Origin: Archaeoglobus fulgidus DSM 4304
Lineage (GTDB): Archaea > Halobacteriota > Archaeoglobi > Archaeoglobales > Archaeoglobaceae
Direction of reading: 5' to 3'
Assembly: GCF_000008665.1 (NCBI RefSeq)
Contig: NC_000917.1
Span: 870,001-902,000, forward strand
DNA length: 32,000 nt
Under the pieces are notes generated by a model, which did no database searches, was not told the origin of the DNA, and was given only the letters and a program-made list of their open reading frames with translations. Shown here in pieces: positions 19,283-26,302 of this stretch. The stretch's first letter is position 1; each line of letters begins with the position of its first letter. The position numbers and the translations under genes are program-made.

Positions 19283-21214
19283 ATGGTTAACTCTTCCAAA
19301 TTTTTTTCCTACCTAATTTTTATCGCGTCTCTCATTTACTTTTCCTGCGCCATTTACTACTACACCACTGGCACAATGGGAACGATGTTCTGGGTTCTCG
19401 CCTTGGTGCCGGTGGCGTATATAATCTACACACTTGAAAAGCTGAAGGATGGCAGTCTTTATCCGAAGCTTGGTAAATTTCAGTATGCGGTTGGGTTTTT
19501 CTTCATAGCCATATGCGTTTTTTCGGCCGTTTACCTCCCCATGAACTATCTCGACTTGATTTACACGAGAGTTGGTTCTTTCACGCTAACCGATAAGCTT
19601 GTTGGTGTTTTCCTATTCCTGTTTGTTGTTGAATACGCGAGGAGGGAGCACAAGGTTTTATTCTTTCTGATAATATTTCTTATCATTTACTGCATGTACG
19701 GGGACTTGTTCCCCGGAATTCTGAAAACTTCGAGAATAAGCCTCGAAAGGGTAATCACTTCATCCACAATCGAAATTAAGCTCGGAATGTTCGGCACCTA
19801 CGCTCAGGCCGGTGTGGGAATAATAGGTGCCTTCCTTCTTCTCATGGGAATTGCAAAGGGCTTCGAAATAGACAAAGCCCTGATCAGGACGATAATAAAC
19901 GCCCTGAGCAAAAGGCCCGCGCTGATTCCTCAATCAGCCGTGATAGGTTCAATGAGCGTTGCGATGTGTACGGGATCAGGAGCGGCAGATTCAGCTCTGG
20001 TAGGGCAGTTCACAATTCCGGCAATGCGCAGGGCTGGATTTCCTGCTCTATATGCAGCAGCAACTGAGGGCGCTGCTGCTCTCGGTGGGCTTATAATGCC
20101 ACCAGTTATGGCCATAGCAGCCTTTCTCATGGCTGAGTTTCTGGGTGTAAGTTACTTCGAGGTTGTAATCAGGGGATTCGTTCTGGCTTTCATTTACTAC
20201 TTCTCCATAATACTCACGGTCTACCTCCTCACCATTCAGTACGTGAAGCCGGGCAGGATAAAAATTGACGACGTGCTTTCGCAGCTTGGCAGGGTTGAGA
20301 TAACGGACAAGGTTTATGCCGTAATATTTTTCCTCAGCCTCATCCTTCTCATTGTTTTGATGGGAGTTTTCTGGTGGCCGGAAGTCAGGGCAGCGCTCTT
20401 CACATCGATGCTTTTCCTGATCGCAGCATCGGTGATCAGAGTTTTAACAGCGAAAGACTTAAAGAAGGGTTTGAAAGAGCTGCTTAAAGGATTAAGGGGT
20501 GCAATAGAGGGTTATCCTGCAGTAGTAGTCGATATACTGCTACTTCTGGCTGTACTCGGAATTATAATAAACCTCTTCACCGTTAGCGGGTGGTTGATTA
20601 AAATCAGCATGCTTCTTCTCGACCTCGGAGAGGAAAGTCTGATCATTCTCGTCGCCCTCAGCTTCATGCTCGCCTACTTTCTGGGATTCGGCCTTCCACC
20701 ATCGGCAGTTTACATCATAGCCTCCGTGCTCGTTGTAACTCCCTTCATCTCCTTCGATGTGGACAAGTGGGTTGCGCACTTCTTCGTGTTCCTCGCTGCG
20801 GCAATATCCGAGTTCACACCCCCGGTAGCGCTGATAGCTGCTGTAACCTCAAGAATTGCCGAAACTCCCTTTGTAAAGACAGCATTCTACACCCAGAAGT
20901 GGATTCTGCCAATATACCTGCTGATATTCGCCGTTCTGACGTGGCCGGAGCTCGTTGTTCAGCCCGGATTGGAGATGCTCAAGGCCTTCGCCATTGTACT
21001 CATCGCCTGTTTAACAATAACTGTAGGAAGCTTTGGCAAAGTCAGCAGAAGAAGGGCTTTGGACTACTCAGCGAGATTTGGGATAATAGCGCTTGGATTG
21101 GTGATACTTTATGGGCCGGTTAAGGCATTGGCTCCAATGCTTGCACTGATTTCTGTTGTTGTGGTTTTCCTGGGTTTCAGACAGACCAAGAAAATATCCA
21201 TGATGGAGGAATAA
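19283..21214 (+). CDS. TRAP transporter fused permease (4TM/12TM DctQ-DctM fusion, TAXI-type)
   Basis: 643 aa with more than 16 hydrophobic segments. DctM-like core motifs (GSMSVAMCTGSGAADSALVGQFTIPAMRRAGF; AATEGAAALGGLIMPPVM). Genetically coupled to the TAXI binding protein. Confidence 0.8.
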   Translation: MVNSSKFFSYLIFIASLIYFSCAIYYYTTGTMGTMFWVLALVPVAYIIYTLEKLKDGSLYPKLGKFQYAVGFFFIAICVFSAVYLPMNYLDLIYTRVGSFTLTDKLVGVFLFLFVVEYARREHKVLFFLIIFLIIYCMYGDLFPGILKTSRISLERVITSSTIEIKLGMFGTYAQAGVGIIGAFLLLMGIAKGFEIDKALIRTIINALSKRPALIPQSAVIGSMSVAMCTGSGAADSALVGQFTIPAMRRAGFPALYAAATEGAAALGGLIMPPVMAIAAFLMAEFLGVSYFEVVIRGFVLAFIYYFSIILTVYLLTIQYVKPGRIKIDDVLSQLGRVEITDKVYAVIFFLSLILLIVLMGVFWWPEVRAALFTSMLFLIAASVIRVLTAKDLKKGLKELLKGLRGAIEGYPAVVVDILLLLAVLGIIINLFTVSGWLIKISMLLLDLGEESLIILVALSFMLAYFLGFGLPPSAVYIIASVLVVTPFISFDVDKWVAHFFVFLAAAISEFTPPVALIAAVTSRIAETPFVKTAFYTQKWILPIYLLIFAVLTWPELVVQPGLEMLKAFAIVLIACLTITVGSFGKVSRRRALDYSARFGIIALGLVILYGPVKALAPMLALISVVVVFLGFRQTKKISMMEE

Positions 21215-21232
21215 AAATATTTTAAATTACTT

Positions 21233-22411
21233 TTAAGCCCTCAAATCTGCTATTTCCTCCTCTGAAAGCCCAATAGACTTCAAAATCTCTTCAGTGTGCT
21301 CCCCAAGCTTTGGCGGCCTTCTCACCTCAACCTCAAAGCCTGAGAACTTCACAGGGTTGTTGAAGAGCTTGATTTTTCCAAGTTCAGGGTAATCCACCTC
21401 AACCACAGTTTTGCGGTGCTTTGTCTGCGGGTGCTCTATAACTTCCTGTATTGTGTTCACAGCCCCGCATGGCACTCCAGCTTTGAGCAGTATCTCTATC
21501 CAGTCGTCCCTCGGCTTCTCCCTGAACTTCTCTATGATGATTCTCTCAAGCTGCTCCCTGTGCTTCAGCCTCTGCTGGTTTGTTGCAAACCTTGGGTCGT
21601 CAAGCAGCTCCTCCAGCCCCACAGCCTTGCAGAACTCCTTCCAGTGCCACTCGGTTGCAACAACAACGTTGACCAGCTTTCCGTCTCCAGCCGGATAAGG
21701 CTCGTAGGGTGTGGCGAGGAAGTACTTTGTCCCCATTCTAAGCTCTTCATCCTTCATTCCCTCGACAATGGCCATGTTCATCAGATTGAGCATCATTGTG
21801 ACGGCACAATCAAACAGGGAGATGTCAATCTCCATTCCCTCCCCCGTCTTTTCTCTTCTCAGCAGTGCTGCGAGAACAGCATAGGCACCGTACATTGAAG
21901 CCAGCAAATCAGTGATGGGAACGTTAATCTTGCACGGCGTTTCTCTTGTTCCTGTGTAGCTGATTATCCCCGCCTCGCCCTGAATGAGCTGGTCAAAGGC
22001 CGGGCGGTCTCTGTAAGGCCCGTCCTGCCCAAAGCCCGAAACGTGGCAATAGATGATGTCCGGCTTTACTTTTTTTACAGCCTCATAGTCAACACCGAGC
22101 TTCTTCACAACTCCCGGAACAAAGTTCTCGATTATGACATCAGCCTTCTCTGCAAGCCTGAAAAAAATCTCCCTGCCCTTCTCCTGTTTCAAATCGAGCG
22201 TCATTGACTTTTTGTTTCTGTTGACAACACCAAAGTAAAAGCTCAGGTCAGCCCTTATGGGGATCCAGTGCCTAGCCAGATCCCCAACTCCCGGCCTTTC
22301 AATGTGAATTACCTCAGCCCCCAGATCAGCCAGCAGAGTTCCGATGTAGGGCCCTGCTACAGCCTGCCCCAGTTCGAGAATGAGCAGGTTGTTGAAGGGC
22401 TGGAAGGCCAA
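21233..22411 (-). CDS. Family III CoA-transferase (GcdG/glutarate-CoA-transferase-like)
   Basis: LLILELGQAVAGPYIGTLLADLGAEVIHIERPGVGD. Catalytic Asp context NVPITDLLASMYGAYAVLAALLRREKTGEG (Asp codon 21908-21910). TTG start at 22411 with AAGGTGAT SD 4 nt upstream, overlapping the gcdH stop. There is no in-frame ATG that would preserve the CoA-binding N-terminus. Confidence 0.85.
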   Translation of the reverse strand: MAFQPFNNLLILELGQAVAGPYIGTLLADLGAEVIHIERPGVGDLARHWIPIRADLSFYFGVVNRNKKSMTLDLKQEKGREIFFRLAEKADVIIENFVPGVVKKLGVDYEAVKKVKPDIIYCHVSGFGQDGPYRDRPAFDQLIQGEAGIISYTGTRETPCKINVPITDLLASMYGAYAVLAALLRREKTGEGMEIDISLFDCAVTMMLNLMNMAIVEGMKDEELRMGTKYFLATPYEPYPAGDGKLVNVVVATEWHWKEFCKAVGLEELLDDPRFATNQQRLKHREQLERIIIEKFREKPRDDWIEILLKAGVPCGAVNTIQEVIEHPQTKHRKTVVEVDYPELGKIKLFNNPVKFSGFEVEVRRPPKLGEHTEEILKSIGLSEEEIADLRA

Positions 22412-22415
22412 AATA

Positions 22416-23603
22416 TCACCTTAGCTCCCTTCTGAAGGCCTGATATCCTGTTATAGCCCTGCCCAAAATCAGCGTGTGGATGTCATCCGTGCCCTCGTAA
22501 GTATAGACGGACTCAATGTTGGCCATGTGCCTTATCGGCGAGTAGTCAAGGCTTATGCCATTGGCCCCAAGCAATTCTCTCGCAGTTCTTGCACAGTAGC
22601 GAGCCACTCTAACATTGTTCTTCTTGGCCATTGAAATCTGCTCGGTTGTAGCCTTCCCCTCATCCATCAGCTTTGCCAGCCTCCACGCGAGAAGCTGCCC
22701 CTTGGTTATCTCAATGAGCATGTTAACCAGCTTCTCCTGCACAAGCTGGTAAGATGCTAAAGGAGCTCCAAACTGCTTCCTCTCCTTCGTGTAGTTTAAC
22801 GCAGTCTCGTAGCAGTCCATTGCTGCTCCTATCGCCCCCCATGAGATTCCAAACCTCGCCTGATTCAGGCAGCTGAGCGGTGCCCCCAGCCCTCTTGCCT
22901 CAGGCAACCTGTTCTCCTCGGGCACTCTGCAGTTGACAAGGCCAAGCTCGCCCACACTTCCAGCCCTCATCGAGGCTTTCTTTGTTATTGCCGTCTGCTG
23001 GAATCCCTTCGTGCCTCTCTCTACAATAAAGCCCTTTATCTTTCCATCTTCAACATCCCTCGCCCAGACAACAGCTATGTCAGCCACATCAGCCTCGCTG
23101 ATCCAGGTCTTGGTGCCATTCAGCACCCACTCATCCCCATCTCTCCTTGCAGTTGCCTCCATGCTGCCCGGGTCGCTGCCGTGATTCGGCTCTGTAAGGC
23201 CGAAAGCCCCGATAATTTCTCCCCTTGCAAGTTTTGGCAGGTATTCCCCCTTCTGCTCCTCACTGCCGTATCTCCAGATGGGATACATTACCAAGCCAGA
23301 TGTGACGGCAACAAAGCTTCTCAGAGCGCTGTCAACCCTCTCGACCTCCTGACAGACTACACCAAAAGTTGTGTAGGTCATTCCGGGGCATCCATACTCC
23401 TCTGGCAGGAAGGTGCCGAGCATTCCAAGCTCCCCAAACTTCTTCCCCAGCTCATGGAAGTTTAACGGCTTCTCCTCGTGCCAGGCATCGGCAACAAGCG
23501 GCACAACCTCCTTCTCCAGAAACTCTCTCACCGACTGCCTTACAAGCCTGTCCTCGTCGCTCAAAAGCTCGTCAACATTGTAAAAGTCCACTCCTCTGAA
23601 CAT
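22416..23603 (-). CDS. gcdH: Glutaryl-CoA dehydrogenase-type acyl-CoA dehydrogenase
   Basis: Collinear along its full length with GCDH as I remember the human enzyme: GLTEPNHGSDPGSM, LNGTKTWI, LSCLNQARFGISWGAIGAA, FGAPLASYQLVQEKLVNM, IESVYTYEGTDDIHTLILGRAITGYQAF. The catalytic Glu is in YEGT. Confidence 0.85.
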   Translation of the reverse strand: MFRGVDFYNVDELLSDEDRLVRQSVREFLEKEVVPLVADAWHEEKPLNFHELGKKFGELGMLGTFLPEEYGCPGMTYTTFGVVCQEVERVDSALRSFVAVTSGLVMYPIWRYGSEEQKGEYLPKLARGEIIGAFGLTEPNHGSDPGSMEATARRDGDEWVLNGTKTWISEADVADIAVVWARDVEDGKIKGFIVERGTKGFQQTAITKKASMRAGSVGELGLVNCRVPEENRLPEARGLGAPLSCLNQARFGISWGAIGAAMDCYETALNYTKERKQFGAPLASYQLVQEKLVNMLIEITKGQLLAWRLAKLMDEGKATTEQISMAKKNNVRVARYCARTARELLGANGISLDYSPIRHMANIESVYTYEGTDDIHTLILGRAITGYQAFRRELR

Positions 23604-23782
23604 GCTACCACCTTTTTTCTGTATTTAACATTCTTTTTTTGAGCGTTTAAAAAGATTTCGGAAAAAGTTTGCCAATAAAGATGTAGGATGGTTCAACTGC
23701 AACATAAAATTTACCTTAAAGGTCTTTAAAACAAAAATTGAAGTTTCTCAAAGAAGTATAAACCAAAGTAAATCCTAATAAA

Positions 23783-23804
23783 GCTTTAAATTTGCTTTTA
23801 AAGC
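23783..23804. repeat. Perfect 8-bp-arm inverted repeat GCTTTAAA-N6-TTTAAAGC in the gcdH / secreted-protein intergenic region
   Basis: GCTTTAAA at 23783-23790, spacer TTTGCT, TTTAAAGC at 23797-23804. Each arm contains a TATA-like core. Confidence 0.6.
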
Positions 23805-23863
23805 CTCAAATCCGAAAGTTTCGTTATATTTTTTGAGGTTCAAGGTTTGATCGGTGATGCGAG

Positions 23864-24667
23864 ATGTTGGGGAAGTTCGGTAGAATGTTGGGGGTGCTGG
23901 CTCTGCTGGTGCTTGTCGCACCAGCAATGGCAGCTGGAAATGGAGAAGATTTGAGAAATACAGTGAAAGTGTTTGAGAAGGTGAGGGACTGGCAGAGGTT
24001 TGGAATTGTATTAAACAACGACACACTGGATGAGGCAAGGAACCTCGGCGTTGCGATGGTGGACTTTGGAGTTGCCTCCTTGGAGAGCATAAAGAACAGG
24101 CTTGAGGAGAGCAACCTCAGCATGAAGGATGAAATAATTGCTGAGATAAACGAGCACATCACCGACCTAATCAACGCAAAGGAGGAGATTGAGGCCGCTG
24201 AGACAGTTGAAGAGCTGAAGGAAGCTATGAAGAATGCAAGGGAAGTTTGGAGGGATGCAAAGGTCTCACTGCAGAAGAGTATAATCATTGGAGTCCTCGA
24301 CAGGCTTGAGACCTTCGTCGAGAAGGGGGAGAACCTCGAGAACTTCGTGGAGGGGAAGATTGCAGAGTTTGAAGAGGAAGGCAAGGACACAACGCTCCTT
24401 GAGAACTGGCTTGACAGCTACAGAGAGCACAGGGAGATGGCCCTTGAAAAGATAGGCGAGGCAAAGGAGAAGGTACTTGAAATTGAAACACCTCAGCAGG
24501 GATTTGAGGCAATGAAGGAAGTTAGAGAGGCTGTTAAGACTGCAGTGCAGCACACCAAGGAGTGCGTTAAGGACCTGAGGGAGATAATTCAGCTAATCAA
24601 CCAGTACGGCGATGCAGAGGACAGCGAAGAGCTGATGCAGGTCGTGGAGGAGGTTGTTGAGGAGTAA
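23864..24667 (+). CDS. Secreted, highly acidic, predicted all-helical/coiled-coil protein of unknown function
   Basis: Sec-type signal peptide MLGKFGRMLGVLALLVLVAPAMA|AG. The mature part is rich in E/K/L/A with heptad-like stretches (EEIEAAETVEELKEAMKNAREVWRDAK...). GGTGAT SD 8 nt upstream. I recognise no catalytic motif. Confidence 0.6.
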   Translation: MLGKFGRMLGVLALLVLVAPAMAAGNGEDLRNTVKVFEKVRDWQRFGIVLNNDTLDEARNLGVAMVDFGVASLESIKNRLEESNLSMKDEIIAEINEHITDLINAKEEIEAAETVEELKEAMKNAREVWRDAKVSLQKSIIIGVLDRLETFVEKGENLENFVEGKIAEFEEEGKDTTLLENWLDSYREHREMALEKIGEAKEKVLEIETPQQGFEAMKEVREAVKTAVQHTKECVKDLREIIQLINQYGDAEDSEELMQVVEEVVEE

Positions 24668-24675
24668 AAAATTAT

Positions 24676-25689
24676 TTATTTTTTCCTTTTCTTTTTGTCT
24701 TTCTCTTCAGCATCCTCTATTCCTCTCTCAGTCACCCTGAAAATCGCCTCCCCTTCAGGCAAATGTGGAGAGTCGATCAGCCTGGCAATTCTAAGGTCAT
24801 CCTTGCCCTTCTTGAGGTAAATTCTGAAAGTTGCCGTGTGGGCTACGATGTGTCCCCCCACAGGCTTCGTCGGGTCGCCGAAAAGCACGTCAGGCCTCGC
24901 CATAACCTGATTCGTCACAACAATTGCAGCGTTGTATAGCTCACCGAATTTCATCAGGTCGTGGAGGTGTCTGTTGAGCTTCTGCTGTCTGTCTGCCAGC
25001 GTTCCCCTGCCGACATACTCCGCCCTGAAGTGTGACATGAGAGAATCGACGATTATTAGCCTTACTGGCCTCCCCTCCTTTTTCAGTTTCTCAGCCAGCT
25101 CCTTCGCGTTATCAACAAGAAGCATCTGGTGGTTGGAGTTGTAAGCCTGAGCAACGTAGATGTTCTTCAGAACCTCATTGCCATCAAGCCCCTTCGCCTC
25201 AGCCATCTGGATTATCCTCTCAGGCCTGAATGTGTTCTCTGTGTCGATGATAATCACCGAGCCTTCAAGCCCTCCCTCATCCTCAGGAAGCTGAACGTTT
25301 ACAGCGAGCTGATGGCAGATTTGAGTCTTACCACTACCAAACTCTCCAAAAAACTCGGTTATGGCTTGGGTCTCAACTCCACCACCAAGCAACTCGTCGA
25401 GGTCTTTGCTCCCAGTAGTTATTTTCTTAACAGACCTTCTTCTCTCCAAAACCTTATCTCCGCTCTCAAAACCACCTATGTTGGCCAATTTCCTCGCCGC
25501 CTGAATTATCTTTACCGCGTTACCTTCAGTGATTCCACCCACATTGGCGAGTTCTGAGGGTGATGCTACGGCAACAGCCTCAATTGTTGAATATCCAGCC
25601 TCTCTAAGCTTTCTTGCCGTCTCAGGACCGACTCCGGGAATATCCTCAAGCTCAATAATCTTCGTCTCTTCGTTGCTCTCTTCACTCAT
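24676..25689 (-). CDS. radA: DNA repair and recombination protein RadA
   Basis: N-terminal HhH domain ([27 protein letters not shown]), Walker [10 protein letters not shown], Walker B LIIVDS, and RadA/Rad51 L1/L2 regions. The C-terminal tail is [10 protein letters not shown]. Confidence 0.95.
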   Translation of the reverse strand: MSEESNEETKIIELEDIPGVGPETARKLREAGYSTIEAVAVASPSELANVGGITEGNAVKIIQAARKLANIGGFESGDKVLERRRSVKKITTGSKDLDELLGGGVETQAITEFFGEFGSGKTQICHQLAVNVQLPEDEGGLEGSVIIIDTENTFRPERIIQMAEAKGLDGNEVLKNIYVAQAYNSNHQMLLVDNAKELAEKLKKEGRPVRLIIVDSLMSHFRAEYVGRGTLADRQQKLNRHLHDLMKFGELYNAAIVVTNQVMARPDVLFGDPTKPVGGHIVAHTATFRIYLKKGKDDLRIARLIDSPHLPEGEAIFRVTERGIEDAEEKDKKKRKK

Positions 25690-25710
25690 TACCCTACCTC
25701 ATACACAATC

Positions 25711-25726
25711 CATTAAATTTTTTTGG
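25711..25726. promoter_or_regulatory. Single A/T element (CATTAAATTTTTTTGG) centred between the divergent radA and HD-hydrolase starts; candidate bidirectional TATA
   Basis: Its centre (~25718) is 29 nt from the radA ATG (25689) and 27 nt from the GTG at 25745. The whole intergenic region is only 55 bp. Confidence 0.4.
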
Positions 25727-25744
25727 TCTCGGCAGACGTAAAGG

Positions 25745-26302
25745 GTGTCATCGCACGATGAGGGACACGTGGAGAGGGTTATCAAGCTGGCCCGTTACAT
25801 AGCGGAAAGGGAAGGAGCGAGACTTGACGTTGTTTTAAAGGCAGCAGAGCTGCACGACATTGCCAGAGGCTATCCCAACCACGCCAGAAAGTCCGCAGAA
25901 ATCGCAAGAGAGCTTCTCAAAGACCATGACGCGGAATTTGTTGAGGCTGTCTGCCACGCCATCGAGGCCCACTCCTTCTCAGGAAAGATGAAACCGAAAA
26001 CGCTGGAAGCAAAAATTCTCAGTGATGCCGACAAGCTGGATGCAATTGGTGCTATAGGTGTGGCGAGAGCCTTCCTCTACAGCGGCGAAAAGGGAAGGAG
26101 CATTGAGGAAACCTTGAAGCACTTTGAGGAGAAGCTTCTGAAGCTGAGGGACTTGCTTTACACTGAAACTGCAAGAAAAATCGCAGAAGAAAGGCACAGG
26201 TTTCTCGAAATCTTCTACCGGCAAATAAAAAAGGAGTTAGATGAGTTTGAAGCCGAACAGGACGCTGAAGACTATGTAGGCAATGGTCAGCATTATAAGT
26301 GA
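25745..26302 (+). CDS. HD-domain metal-dependent phosphohydrolase
   Basis: H..GHVERV...AAELHDIARG...HS...ILSDADKLDAIGAIGVARAF is the HD superfamily pattern (H...HD...D). GTG start directly after an in-frame TAA; there is no in-frame ATG nearby. Confidence 0.75.
   Translation: MSSHDEGHVERVIKLARYIAEREGARLDVVLKAAELHDIARGYPNHARKSAEIARELLKDHDAEFVEAVCHAIEAHSFSGKMKPKTLEAKILSDADKLDAIGAIGVARAFLYSGEKGRSIEETLKHFEEKLLKLRDLLYTETARKIAEERHRFLEIFYRQIKKELDEFEAEQDAEDYVGNGQHYK

Noticed and set aside
23824-24390. A 188-aa Ser/Phe-rich ORF on the - strand.
   Set aside because: It is the mirror image of the Glu/Lys-rich + strand gene (GAA/GAG/AAG read as TTC/CTC/CTT). It has no start context.
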